Assembly: GCF_009914755.1 (NCBI RefSeq)
Contig: NC_060937.1
DNA length: 64,000 nucleotides
Strand: one strand, 5' to 3'
From: the human T2T-CHM13v2.0 reference genome, Homo sapiens
Part shown: one piece after another, positions 21,903 through 36,810 of the stretch
Position numbering within the stretch: position 1 is the first letter of the stretch
Layout: each line of letters starts with the position of its first letter
Notes under the pieces: generated by a model
The model's input: only the letters and a program-made list of their open reading frames with translations
What the model was told of the DNA's origin: nothing
Database searches by the model: none
Position numbers and translations under genes: made by a program

Positions 21903-23443
21903 GGCATTGACGCTAGCCTGGCATACCAGTAGCCTCCACCCCTCACCTGGGAATCTCCTACCACCACCCAGTCAGACATGCTCCTCTACAGAAACCCTCC
22001 CTGTACAGAAGTCTTAATGGAGACCCCACCAAAGCCCTTTCCTCCAAGACGCAGACCCGACACTCACTGGCCTGAAAAACCCGGGTGAAGACGCAGACAC
22101 ACAGACATCCTGCTCCATTCTACAATTCATCGTTTGAGGCAATCTTCTAGCTATAATCTGGAAAATCAAGACAAGCCATTTATTGCAAACAACTGGGATT
22201 GTGGTACAATACTCTGGTCACAGGGAGATGGAACAAAGTGTTTAGTTAGGATCCAGTGATGCATCTGTCAGTGGCTCTCGCTGGTCCATGAGTACACCGG
22301 GGGAATAGGCGTCTCCTTGCCACGATTTTGAAGGAAGAGGAGTGCAGCTCAAAGACTGAAGCCTGGTTTCTGGAGAACGTCAGGTCCATTTGTCCCCCAA
22401 CGGCCTTGTCACAAAGCAGTCTGCCATGACCCCTGCGAGGTGGGGGTCCTCGTCCCGCCCTCAAAGACAGCTGTCCTTCTGCTGATGGAGCAGAGCTGGG
22501 GCCTCTGGCTAGCTCTGCAGCTGGTTTTCCTTACAATCCAAAAGTTTCAAAACAAAAAAGACGTAATGCCTCCAAAAAATTCCTCAAGATTTTCTTAGAA
22601 AATAGGTGCTTCCAAAGAGGGATATAGTATGGTGGGTGTTAGAAGGAGGAGGGGACAGACGTGGGAGATCAAAAAGAGAACCAGGAGGATGCAGAAAGGG
22701 ATTAGAATGCAGGAAATAGCTCCGGCCAGCTGGTGGCCATCTGGGAGCCACGCAGAACGGGAAAACCAAGTTGCCGAGTTTCTAGCAAGTGGGTACAGTT
22801 TGTCATGACAGAAGGTTACTGCTTGGAGAAACTACAGAGAAGCCAGATTCTTGCCAGCTATTTTCTTTTTTAAAAAAATCTAGTGGTTTCCGTAAGAATC
22901 GGATTGCTGTGAATTTGCTTCTGTCTGAAGTAAACTAGCTAAGGACATCATCATTTTAGGAAACGTTAGATAGCATCTGAGGGTGTTGTGGGATAAGACT
23001 CTCCGGATATCAGTGTGAAAACAGACAATGGGTAAAGACATGTGGTTTTTACCTTATACAGTGATTTTTTTTTAAGTCTCAAACAGGACCAGAAGGAAGG
23101 CCAATGACTATAAGATAAGAAGTAAATTATTGTGGTTGGTTATTTTTATTTTGGTAGATATTCAAGGCATATTATATGTGCTTGGTAGTGGCTGTCCAGG
23201 AGGAAAAGAAATAAATTGTAAAGTCAATATGCACTCTGTAATATATAAAGACATTTTGCATCCACTCAGTTGTCCCATGGAGAACCAAAGGACAGCGTGT
23301 GTGAAACTAACCTCATCACGCCTTTGCCATCCACCAAAAATAGCATCTCTTCTCTCCCCACCGACTCTGTGAATGGCACCACCACTGCCCTGTGGTCCAT
23401 GCCAGCTAAGTCATCCTAGCTGCTTATATCCCATATCCAGAGA

Positions 23444-23757
23444 CAGTCGTGTGTTGCTAATCACGGAGATACATTCTGAGAAATGCGTCTTTAGGCAATT
23501 TCATCATTGTGCAAACATCACAGGGCATACTCACATGAACCTAGATTGCATACATATTTTTATTTATGTATATTTTTATATGGGAAACCAAGTGTCCCAG
23601 CACCATTGCTGAATATCATTCATTTCCGCTACTTCATCTGCGATGCCATTATCAAATGCCATTTGTCACGTTTCTATATATGCTGCATAATCTATGAGAC
23701 CACTGTCGTATATGCTGTCCATCACTGACTGAAGCATCATTATGAGGCACAAGCCTG
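23444..23757. mobile_element. Tigger3/MER7-family non-autonomous DNA transposon inserted in an L2 fragment
   Basis: cagtc...gatacattctgagaaatgcgtc...aacctagat at one end, gaccactgtcgtatatgc...cctg followed by TA at the other. Confidence 0.8.
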
Positions 23758-23984
23758 TACTTAGCCACCAAGTCCTGACAATTCTATCTCCTTAATAACT
23801 CTAGCTCATGCCCTCCCCGCCCTCTTCTCCCTCCCTATGGCAACTGCTTCATTTGATCTGTCAGCACCATCACAGCAACAAACTTCTAAATGGTCTCACC
23901 AGGCCCAATTTCAAATCCTTGCACATCACTCTTCATATTTTCACTGGGTGGTTTTTGTAAAAAGAGAAAATGAATCTCATCTCA

Positions 23985-25000
23985 TGTTCATTCAGCAAAC
24001 ATTGATTGAGCACCTGCATGTGTGAGGTTTTGTCCTAGGTGCTTGGGGGTCGGTGAACAAAACAGAGACCTCGACCTTCAGACTAGTGGAAGGAGAAAGA
24101 CAATAAACATAATTATATCATAATAATTTTGAAGGTGGTAAGTGCTGTGAAAAAATAAAGCAGGGTAAGGGATCAAGAATTCCTGGTGTGCACACGTGTG
24201 TGTGGAGTTTTCAGTAGGGCAGGCAGGATAGGCCTCACTGAGAAGCTGACATATGACCAAAGGAGGTAAGGGAGTGACAGGTGACCAAAGGAGGCACCTG
24301 AGGATCTGTGGGAAGGGCATTCCTTGCAGAGAGAAGAGTCAGAGATATGACCTAAGGTAAGAACATACATGGGGGCTTCAAGAAACAGCACACAGGTTGG
24401 GGTGGCTGGGGCAGGATAGGTGTGGGTTGAGAGTGGAGGGAATGAGATCAGGGAGCTATGAGGGGGTCAGGTGATATTGGACCTTATGGCGGGTGGTGCC
24501 ATTGCAGGGTTTTAAGCTGTAGACAACTTGCTCCGACTTCTCTATTGGATGATGACTCTAATGATCCTGCTGCCTCAGACCAGAGAGTAGCAGAAAAGAT
24601 TGTGAGAGGTGCTGATGTCTCTCTCCCACTCAAAAACCTAAACTCTTCAGTGTGACCCACAAAACATTTCAGGACTGGGGCTCTGCTTACTTTTCCTGGT
24701 TCATCTCTGATGGTGCCTTCACATCCCCTCAACCCCCATGTTCTGGAGCAGGTGAGCATCAAACAAGCATCCCCTTCTCTCATGGCCCCATGCTTTTGCA
24801 TTGGTGCCCTCCTCTGCCTGACTGTGGTGCCCTTCTGGGCCTCCACTGAGCATCTTCTCCTCAGGGAGGTCTTCTCCTCTCTATACAATGCAGTCTCTAT
24901 GAAGTCCTGTACATACCTCAGTGATTGAGATTTTATCCCTGAATCAGAATGTTCTGTCCACAATCTGTCTCTCTCACTAGAGTGGGCAATACTATTAATA
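23985..25000. mobile_element. L2 fragments (minus ~23985-24510, plus ~24570-25000)
   Basis: ttcattcagcaaacattgattgagcacc L2 terminus; ctctctcactagagtgggca. Confidence 0.7.
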
Positions 25001-25052
25001 GAACCTAGAAATTAGAGCTTTTATTTCTGAATCTCTAGTCGACCTTGGACAG

Positions 25053-25247
25053 TTGGGTGGATGATGGATGGATGAAGGATGGATAGATGAAAAGATGGAG
25101 GATGAATGGAGGATAGGTGAGTAATGGTTGGAGGATGCATGGATGATGGGTGAATAGATGGATGGATGCATGCATGAATAAATGGGGGAAGGATGGAGAA
25201 TAAATGGAGGATAGATAGAGGATGGGTGGGTGGCAGATCAATGGATG
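25053..25247. repeat. Degenerate (TGGA)n simple repeat
   Basis: Direct reading. Confidence 0.9.
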
Positions 25248-25869
25248 CTGGGTCTTTCATTAGATATTGAATTCAAGGGATTTTATTTTTAGTTTATAAT
25301 TAGTTAAGCATTATAAAATGCTCAGAAACTAATTGTAAGACATTAACTTCTTCATTACCGGAGAGATGGCTGAAGGAGTATGTGCAAGTAACTACTTGTG
25401 AGCATACATACTCGTCAACTGCACATGATGGCTGTGTTGCTGGAAAGTTGAATACAAAAGGACTTTTGATAAACAGGATCTTATTTGCCCATTGACTAAA
25501 TATTATTTGAGATATGCTTTATTTTTTTGACATGCTATTCAATTAGCAGGAAGTCACACTAAAACTTCAAATTCCTCAATACTTTCCTTCCCTACCAACT
25601 TCTGTCAGATACACTATTCAGCTGAAAGTGATTGATTTCTGTTTGACAAACTACTGAGGAAAATCCTTCCAGAAAAATGAGGAGTCTTTTTGCATTGCAT
25701 AAGCATCTGCTACTTTATCTTTTTTTCTAGGGTTGTCCTCATCTGGTGTAGGTTTTAGGGTTCCCCTTTCCCATTGGGAAAGCGTTATGATTTCAAAAAA
25801 TGCACATAATTTCAATAAAAATCAAAATAAATTTTGAAACGAAAGAAAAATTAACAAAACATAATGTCC

Positions 25870-26385
25870 AAAAATGTCCAATTTTCAAGAGCTTGAAAAT
25901 GACTACTAAGCCTTTCCCTCTCACAGGTGACCATTTCTAGCTTTCTCAGCTGTTTTTCATATGACCTTGTTTCAGGACGCCTCACTGTCCTGGCTTTCTC
26001 TTGCCGACAGCGGCCCGAGTGCTCAGGACTGGATGCCACACAGCACCTTATAGCCCACCTTGTCCTTATAGCCCACCTTGTCCATTGGCATAATACAGCC
26101 CATATTCGAGCCATATAGTCCACATCCTTTACTTATAAATTCCTATTTTGAACCTAAATCCAGAGCTTTCATTGATGCTAAATTTCATGTTATTGACTTT
26201 TTTGCATTCTTATCCTATTTGGCTAAAATAATTTTCACTGATAATATTGGCATGCAGTAGATTTGCTGTCTCTCTCAGCATTGTGTCATCAGTAAATTTA
26301 GCAGTGTTTCTATGTGTTCATCCAAGTCCTGGATTAGACTGTTGAATAGGGCACAGCTGAGAACAGCCCTGTGGCCTGTCACTAC
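25870..26385 (-). mobile_element. L3/CR1 LINE remnant (RT region to ORF2 C-terminus)
   Basis: Minus-strand translation gives PQG..LFNSLIQDLDE..KFTDDT and QEKARTVRRPETRSYEKQLRKL, resembling CR1 PQGSVLGP.LFNIFINDLD..KFADDT and QRRATKM.RGLE..SYEERLREL. Confidence 0.8.
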
Positions 26386-26647
26386 GAACATCCCTCCGGG
26401 TGGGATTCACTCATATGATTTGCTTCACTTTGAGTAGAGGTGTTTGCTCATTTGCTCAAAGGATATAATACGAGCACATCTTTAAGGAGAAAATAGAAAA
26501 GAGAAAGTACTGATAATAACAGTTTCAGGAACTGTTGTCCCTCTGAAGAGTCACAGCAGGACAATTCACAGTATCTGTCAGTTGTGTCTGGGTAAAAAAG
26601 AATGAACTGGTTAGAGCTTTGCCCTAAAATGAACAGGCCCTTGTCAC

Positions 26648-26648
<1 letters not shown>

Positions 26649-26685
<37 letters not shown>
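26649..26685. repeat. Perfect (CA)n microsatellite
   Basis: Direct reading. Confidence 0.97.
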
Positions 26686-26687
<2 letters not shown>

Positions 26688-27088
26688 TGTTCAGTGCCTC
26701 TGCTAAGATCAAGAGTCTCATATGGCAGAGGCCTTTCACAGCCGTGGTTCTGGGTCTTCCAGATGCCCCTGACCTTGTGGCACGTGGGAGTGGGCTCTCA
26801 GAGACCACACCCACAGCTCCTCACCGCCTCTCAGGGCGTCCCGGACAGGGGCAAGGACTGGAGGTCCTGGTTGCATTGATGACCTCCTCCATCTTGCTTC
26901 CTTAGGGATTCATGCTGGTGCTTGGATAAGTATTAGATTATTTTTTGACAAGCTGAAAGATGAAGTTCAACGTGAGCAATTGGCTGATGACACAAATTCA
27001 CCAACCCAGCATCATGGAGAACTGTTGTCTGGATCTGACCAAACCAGTATCACAGTAGATGAAATAAACTGATAGAAGAAAGACTTTA

Positions 27089-27205
27089 GGGAGGCACGAT
27101 GGCTCAGGTCTGTTGTCCTGGCGCATAAGAAGGCGAGGCCAGGCATTCAAGACCAGCCTGGGCTACATAGGAAGCCTTCATCTATATAATAAAAAAAAAA
27201 AAAAA
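27089..27205 (+). mobile_element. Alu left monomer (FLAM-like)
   Basis: ttcaagaccagcctgggctacatag, poly(A), TSD AGAAGAAAGACTTTA at 27074-27088 and 27206-27220. Confidence 0.85.
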
Positions 27206-27649
27206 AGAAGAAAGACTTTAAATCTCTCCATCTCTCCTGTAGATGCCCTCAAAAGATAACAGCTTGTATCATTAGTCTCCCAGGAAATCTATCTGCTTCA
27301 TGCTTGCTGGAGGTTAAAAAACAGATTATGGGTCTTGTCTAAATTAAGGAAATATTGGTGGGCAATACAGAAACTATTATCAGAATGAAAAACAAATTAC
27401 AATGAAGTCCTTATTTTAGAGACTTTGTCCCCATCAATTAATACACTCACAAGTGACTGAATCCACATTTCCATGAAGTAATTCCAAGAAGTTTAAAGAT
27501 TTTTCCTAGTTTTCTTTCTTGAAATACGAATGCATGTTTCAAATCAGTTACCTTTGATTTCTGATCATCATCACTATGTCCATAATCTCACTAAGCCTGT
27601 AAACTTGGCTGGTTTTTTTCTTCTGCCCCATTTTCTGTCCCAGAAATTA

Positions 27650-27870
27650 ACTGTATCCACAGAAAGGCAACAGAGATGGTGAATGGTATTACGAAGGACA
27701 GCTTAGTGGAAGAGGGCCAGAAAAAAATTTTATTTGAGGGAAATTCAATTGGGAGAAGATCAATTGACAAAAAAAATGAGTTGAAGGATTCTCAAAGTAT
27801 CACAAAGGAAGCAGAAGGCTGAGGAGACATACTTATTATTTGCTCTATGGTTGGAGAACAGACAATTCAT
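27650..27870 (+). mobile_element. Possible second L3/CR1 3' fragment
   Basis: agaaaggcaacagagatggtga...tacgaaggacagctt resembles the CR1 3' end; weak. Confidence 0.35.
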
Positions 27871-28502
27871 AAAGAAACAATATCAGACTTTTCAAACTGC
27901 TTCTTGAAAATTGCTTTTCAAAAAGAGATGTTTCATTTAACCAGTGAAATTAGATGCTGTGGGGTATTGTTATGGAAGCCAAGTAAATTTACACAATAAA
28001 ATAAATCTTAAAAGGACAATTCCACAGGTAAAATGGAGGTTGTCAAGTACTCAGCATTAGTCTCTGAGGCGCCATCCTCTGAAAGCTGAAACAAGACAAA
28101 GCATCTTGAGAGTTCTGAAGTGTGAAGATTGAGACCTACTCAAGCTTCTAACTTTCTGGACTGTGTGAACAGGTGAGGAGAGGATGCAGGGACTTGTGTG
28201 GAATGTTCAAGAAACTCAGCAGTAAAGAACTTTATCAGGCAAAGAAAGGCCTGATGGAAAAGCATCTCCAAGACATGAAGAAGCTTGACAGGAAGTTCAC
28301 CTGGAGAGAAAGTGAGTCCTCACGTAGACTCTCCCTCACTCCTCCATGAGGTGAGAAAGTCCAGCAAGGGTTACGCCAAATCAGGAGTGAGTGCTGAGTA
28401 ATTGTTGGTTAGAAACCAAGAGTGTCTGACAAGACTACTATGCACAGAAGATTACCAAGAAATAACTTTGTAGTGGATCAAAACGTACAAACGTAACACT
28501 TA

Positions 28503-28842
<340 letters not shown>

Positions 28843-29214
28843 ATAGTCAAAAGTAATGAGTAATTTAAACAAGACAATGTACTGCCATGATAGCAATTAA
28901 AAAGTGCAGAGGAAGAGAACTTTATTATGAAATGCTTAATAAAATGGGAAAACAATTACTAAGGGGAAATGCCAATATGGGGACTGCCTTGAAGAAGACA
29001 ATGCATTTCCATAATTGCTGCTAAACTGTATAAAAACATCTTGCCTACAGGTTTCCATAAGGCAGAGATCACCATTCCAGGTTATATCTACTGTAACATA
29101 TTCACTCATCTCAAAGGATCCCTCACAACTCTAAAACAGTCCCACAATTCTATGATTTGTTGAACCATGGGAATGTCCATTGTAGACTATTATGTATAGT
29201 TAATCCATCCGTTA

Positions 29215-29775
<561 letters not shown>

Positions 29776-29789
29776 ACAGGGAAAAATGA

Positions 29790-30200
29790 CTCATAGAGAA
29801 TAAAAGGGTTTTCTTTTAACAAACATGTCCGGATATAGGTGGTTGCCCACATGGGTTTAGCTGATTAATGATGTAGTCAAGAGTTTTGAGTCTTCATCCT
29901 CTCATTTCACCATCCTTAGCCTCTTGACTTTTTGTCTTTCACACTGTGGCCTCAGGGTCTCAAAATGGCTGCTGTAGCTCCAGACATCTCAATTGTGTTT
30001 GGAATCAGGATGAAGAGTGCCAACCAGGGGAGAGGAAAACCAGACAGACAGACACACACACACATACACATACAGAGAGAGGAAAGAGAGGATGTATGTC
30101 TCACACTAGTTTCACATTTTATTAGACAAGAAAAAGTTTTCCCAGAGCTCCTCCGCTGATTTCACTTCATTTCACTGGCCAGAACTGGGTCACAATAGGC
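29790..30200 (-). mobile_element. MLT1 (K/L-like) LTR fragment
   Basis: caaaatggctgctgtagctccagacatc; tcactggccagaactgggtcaca. Confidence 0.65.
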
Positions 30201-31065
30201 CCCTGAGATTAGGAGATCTGTGCCTTGATTTTGTTGGGAAGAGGTGGACATCCATGGCGTCTTCCACAGTTCATCATTCCTCATTGCACCAACTGCTTTG
30301 TTCCTGCCTTGGCCATGGAAAGGACAGCCTGTCTCAGAGCCCTCATTTGAGTTAATCAATTATTCAAGAACTTTTATGACATGGGACTTCACAGATGCCA
30401 CCATTTGCCTTCATACATGTTGACTACAAGCAAAGTCCACTTCTTTGTGGGACTGACTTCAAAAGTGCAATATCATATTTTGAAAGGCCGCTCAAGCCCT
30501 TACTGGAACACACAGGTTAGTCCTTGGAGCCCTCACCCAGTCAGTTTGTTGAGTCCTGCTCACTGCTGGGGCTCGTGGGACTCTAAAGGAAGCACACTTG
30601 CCTTCAGGCTGTACACATCTTATGAGAAAATAAGAGCAGCACACATCAAAAATGGCAGCTACATGCTCGACTTTTCTGGAATCCAGAAAAGAGAGAGCTC
30701 AAATGGTCTGGCATATGCAGAGAGGCCCTGAGGATGATTATTGAGGCCTCCGAGAATGAGAAGAATTATATGAGTGAAGGCTATGGGGGCAGGGGGTGAT
30801 TCCTGACCTAAAAGAGCCTGAGAAAAGGCTCCTAGTTAGAATGAGAAGGATGTGTGATGGTGAGTCATTCTCATCTTTTGAGATTTTTATGTTTTTCCCC
30901 TTAGAACTTGGAAGAAGATGCCCAAAATTAAGAACATGCCAAACATTACCATTAACAATGCGGTGCCCTCTCCAAATATAAACTATATCCATTGGAAAGT
31001 GCATGGAGACTGGGTTACTCAGGTAAAAAAAAAAAAAAAAAAAGTAAAAGTAAGCTAGAATTTGT

Positions 31066-31343
31066 GGTAGGATGAGGTGGCTCATGTCTGTAATCCCAGC
31101 ACTTTGGGAAGGCAAAGAGGAAAGATCTCTTGAGGATAACATGGCAAGACCCCGTCTCTACAAAAAATGTCTTTAAATTAGCCAGGTGCGGTGGTCTACA
31201 TTTGTAGTCTCAGCTATTTGGGAGGCTAAGGCAGGAGAATCACTTGAGCCCAGGAGTTGGAGGTTATCTGGAGCTATGATCACACTCCTGCACTCCAATC
31301 TGAGTGACAGAGTGAAATATTATCTCTGGAAAAAAAAAAAAAA
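31066..31343 (+). mobile_element. AluJ with left-arm deletion
   Basis: Dimer lacking the ccaggagttc...cctgg segment. Confidence 0.9.
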
Positions 31344-32344
31344 GAATTTTCCAGCCTGTCCTCTGTCTCTCTCCAGATATATCCCACAAGCAGTCAAATA
31401 AATAAGAAATAGTAAGTATTCTTTAATAAGTCACTGCTGGTCTGGAGATAACTTCTCAAACCTAGCTGAAAACAAAAATAAATATTCCGTGAAATACACA
31501 GAATAGTATAAAGAATGATACACATCTGTTTTTCTGAAGCTAGTGAAATTAATCAGTTTGAGTTTTGTGCTGTGATTGGCTTGGGAGGGCCTTATCCCAG
31601 GTGTCTTTTGAGTCCGAAGGTAGCAGATGGCGTTTCCTTCCTCATGTTGGAGTAAGAGGCAACTCAAATGGCCAGAGTGTCTTAGGACCAGTAATGTGAT
31701 TACCAATGTGAGATTGACTCCCTGAGACTTCTATTGGCTCTGAGAAGCTATATTTGTATTTCTCAAATGCATAAAGAAGCAAGACAGTGTCCTTTATGTC
31801 AAGAGAGCCCAGAAACCACGTGCAGAGTGGACATGGCAGCCGAAGGAACAGGAGGGGAGCAGTGTCCCGAGGATGGCTGTGATGAGAGCAGCCAGTGGGG
31901 GAGCACGGTCTCATGCCCACGCCTCTTAACTCTGTCTAAACACATCAGGCTTCGGCCAGGCAGAGAAGGTTCTTAATTATGAAGCCATATGTAAGAAAAG
32001 AGTGGTGGGAAATACAATACAATGAAAGGAAAAACGGAAACATCACCAAACATTTGATAAGTGAAAAGGAAAATTAAAGGGAAAGGAAAATTAAAGGGAA
32101 AGAAAAATTGGGCCAAGAAAATAGCATTTGTCTAAAAGATGAAAACCAACAAAGTGAATACAAAGAGAAGAAAATTAAGTACCAATCCTGCAATAGAACA
32201 GAAATGTGAATTAAGAAAGCTAGGTACAAAAAGAAAACAATAACCTGAAAAAAGAAGAAAGAAAAAAAACAAAACAATAATCTGAATAAACAAGCATACG
32301 TAGTAATATGACATGTTTCTCAAGGGTAGCTGGAATGTAGAATG

Positions 32345-32965
<621 letters not shown>

Positions 32966-33635
32966 CAGAACCGTGCTTTTTGTTGCTTGTGGATGTTTCG
33001 TCCCCCTGAATTGACAGCCCCCGACTCCACTGTCCCAGACAATATGCCTCCTCTGCCTGGCCCTAGTCAGACCCTTGTGCCTCACAAGATGGAAGGAACA
33101 AGCCCAAGATGCAGAGCCAGTGCCGCCCAAGAGGCCCGGTCTGCATCTCGGAGAGAAAACAAAGCCAGGCATTGGCCTGGGCAGTGTGGAAAAGGACCTT
33201 GGAGATAGAAGCCATCCAGTGGGAGAGTTCTCGGGTCTGCTGTCCTGTTCTTCCCCTTGCCTCCGTGGTGTGTTCATGACCTTGCTCCTTGAGGGGACTG
33301 CCATGTGAGCCACCTTTGGGAAGCCTTGTCCAACAGAGAAAAGGAGACACAGGACAGCTCCAGGGACCTGCACCACTCTGCTCTACAGGTGGCCCTCTGG
33401 CCCCTCAGTCCTGTTGTCCTTTAGCTCCGAATTTACTTACTTTTCCTCTTCCTGTTTCTTTTGGTGTCTGGTTGCCAAACTCTGTGAGGGTTAGAACCAA
33501 AAGCTACTATATTACCAGCATCCTCTGAGCCTAGCACTTTGCCTGCAAGCTAAGTGACAAGTGCATCATCCTTTGCAACTAATGTGTTGCACTTCCAGCA
33601 CCAGGATAGCATTATCCAATTTACATGCTCATATT

Positions 33636-33775
33636 CTTTTTATTTCTTTAATTTTTGTAGAGATGGGTTCTTGCTATGTTGCCCAGGCTGGTCTCAAACT
33701 CCTGGACTCAAGCAATCCTCCTGCCTCAGCCTCCCAAAGTGCTGGGATTACAGGTGTGAACCACTGGCTCCCAGC
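33636..33775 (-). mobile_element. Alu left monomer (FLAM_C/AluJ arm)
   Basis: gtagagatgggttcttgctatgttgcccaggctggtctcaaactcctggactcaagcaatcc. Confidence 0.9.
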
Positions 33776-35344
33776 CACACCCATATTCCTAATAAGGACT
33801 TCTGCTGGGAAAGGTGGTCTGAGAGGAGAGGAGCTCCTCAAACCCCACGGAATCTGGTCCCATGCAGCTAAGACTGCCCCTGGCCCTTTCTCAGGGTCCT
33901 GCCCAAAAGCCCTGGTTCCCTAATTCCCGCACATTTGTTCCAGAGTCCAGCTCTTGATTTTCAAAGACGGGGGTCGGGGGCAGTTTTATTCCTCCCGGTA
34001 CGATATTCAGCATAGCCTCCAATTTAAAAATGAGCTCTAGGGAAGGACAAATTGTTTTCTCTGTAAAAGCCCTGCGGCTATGCAGGCAACATTCAGATTT
34101 TCTCAGAAAAATCTAAAATAGCCAGTAGAAACTTGAACACGGACTGTCAGAAAGGATACCCAGGCATTGTCTGTTCTAGTGTTCTCCTCAAGCGAGTGTA
34201 ATGGGAAGAGACCATCACCCACTCCACACTCCACCAGGCCACCTACACGGGTCTGCCCACACAGACGTGTGCTTTTTTGAAACGTTCCTATCTTTTGAGC
34301 AAGTGGTTCCTTTCTTCCTCATGAAATGCATTTTGAAAGAATGCTTTAGACGTTTTTACAAACTCTTGTGACCTGTGGGGTGATTTTATTAATTAGCATT
34401 TTCTCACTTTTTTATTTCTAGCTGAACTACTAGGATTCTATGAAAGCTGTCATTTCCAGCTCCATCCATGGGCCCAGCGCTCTAGTAATAGGTACTGCTT
34501 TTACGCCTATCATGCTTGCGATATGCTCTTTTGGGGTGTTGGGTCCTCGGATGGCTCCCATCTTTGTAGTTTCAGCATTGCGACAGGCATCCCACACTCT
34601 GCTAATAACTCCCAGTGCAGCTCAAAAATGTAGCATCCTCCACTGCTTAGTTTGCCTTTAGTTTCATAAGCTTCACACCACGTGGCCGCCAGGGAGGCAG
34701 AGTGAGGGAGGGCACTCCTACCACGGGCTTCACAGGCACTGAGAGCTCCATTACTGTATGTTGACTTGAAATCAAAGCAAAATCTACTGCAAGTCATGTC
34801 AGGCTATACCATTTGAGCACCCCTAATGTGCTACATTATGTGAAATATACAGTGATATTGACATGGACGGTTGATATGGGGCATTTGTATGAAATGGAAT
34901 TTGGAAATTTTTAGAAAATTTTAAGAAAGGCATGCTGGATGTGAGAGCCATAAGTGAAAGCCCAGAACCTGAAGACACGCCGAGTTTCTGGAAGATAGAC
35001 TTAGAGCAAGTGAATTCCCAGAAAGGCCCAGGGAGAACCCAGCTTCTGACTCACCCTCAATCTTACAGCCCCCAGTGAATCACTAAGTCTGGGCATGGAC
35101 TTTACCAAACTGATCTCAGGTCAAAGGAGTGGGGAGGGTGGCAGGGTGAGGCTGTGCTATTCATGTGGGAGTCAGTTTGTCTGGACTAGACTGAGGACAC
35201 ATTCCCTCAGCACCTGGTAGACTTTAAGAGGTCAGACTGATCCAAATTTGAACCAGGAATCGAATGCCTTTACGATGGACCATTCCGTGGATCCCAGGAA
35301 TCCCTGAAATGGATGCAGACCTCTGGCCAGCCCTGGATCTTCCT

Positions 35345-36810
35345 AACTGGAATGCTTACTTAAGGGCAGGCACTGTACAAAGTGCCTTACATGTATTACG
35401 TTATTTAATCTCCATAACAACCTTATGATTTACATCCCACTTACTATTCACTCCATCTCACAGGTAAGAAAACTAAAGTACAGAATAGTTAAGGCATTTC
35501 TTGGGGCCTTTCCCCCCACCACCCCCTACACTGCATTGAGAAAAACCCAGCTCAAACTGACTTGAACAAAAAGGAGAATTTTTTGGACAGCTTATATAAC
35601 ACAGGAAGGGCAGAAAAGCAGCTCCACAGAACAGGGACTCCAATGCTGCTTCATCTCTGTTCCTCCCTCACCTGATTCCCTCTGCACACCGCTCCCCTCA
35701 GAGGGCCATGAGCCTTTGCCCTGCTAAACTGCACAGGGACTGGCTGATGCTCTTGGTCCTCAACCACCCCAGGAAGGGTCCTGTTGAACCAGTCTGGCTC
35801 AGGGACAATGATGATTCAGCTAACCTAGAAGAGCAGGGGTGGGACGATTCAACTAACCCAGAAGATTAGAGTACAGGAGGGGTGCACTCTCCACAAACAG
35901 GGAGAGGGAGGGGAGGTTCATTGACGACAGAAAACATGAAGAATGGTACCCTGAGTCACACAACTCAGCTATGGAAGGCTGGGCACATGAACCTCATCTG
36001 TCTCCAGAGCCTGTGCATTTAACCCTGGGGCCCACAGCAGGGGCATTACTTGGGCATGTGTTAGAAAGGCAGGGCCTCAGGCCCCACCCCAGAACTGCTA
36101 AAGCAGATTCTACCTTTGAGAACACCTGTGGGTGACTTGTGTGTGCATGAGGCATTCTTTAATCACAATAATCTATCATGATGCTTCCTAACAACTTGTC
36201 TCTTGAAGACCTTCTTAATTTTTCACACTTACTGTATTAAACTTTATATTCATATTGTGAAGCTTTCGAGAGTATGTTGGAAAGCCCCATCCAGATAGCC
36301 AATGTCACTATCATCACATTTAATTTTCAGTTGATACTGATGATGATTCTTTACATGTGTTTGGCTTACTAATTTTAAGTAATTTTCATGTTTGTCAGTG
36401 ACTCTAAGTCTTGGGTGCCCACTGGAATCATCTGGGGACTTTATAACAGCTCGTTCCCTGGGTTTTATGCTCAGAGATTCTGATCTAATTGGCCTGGGCA
36501 TTGAGACTTTTAAAAGCCCCTGCAGCGATTCTAATACACAGCCAAGAGCAAAAACCATTATTCAAGGGGGTACAGCCCAGGTATCTGTATTTTTTAGGCA
36601 CTTCCCAGTGACTTTAGTTCGTAGCCAAGGTCAAGGACCACTCACATGCATTACATGATTTCGTCTTCATGGTATCCCATTGGGTATGAATTGTGCTCAT
36701 CACCATTTTACAGATGAGGAAACTTAAGCCCAGATAAATTTGCCCACAAGGTCACTTAGCTGAAAGAGAAGGAACTGGGACTCGACTCCAGTTTTTCTGA
36801 CCCCCAAAGC
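35345..36810. mobile_element. Cluster of MIR pieces and MER5-like hAT elements
   Basis: MIR cores at ~35350-35500 and ~36650-36810; MER5-like ctcagagattctgatctaattggcctggg and ctcaggccccaccccagaactgct. Confidence 0.7.

Noticed and set aside
19771-21932. Long ORFs of 284, 584 and 397 aa (His/Thr/Pro-rich) and antisense Val/Cys ORFs
   Set aside because: Stops are absent because the CA-rich repeat rarely forms TAA/TAG/TGA; several frames are open at once
22160-22435. Possible minus-strand terminal exon (AATAAA at 22179-22184)
   Set aside because: Acceptor is weak and a lone hexamer is common by chance
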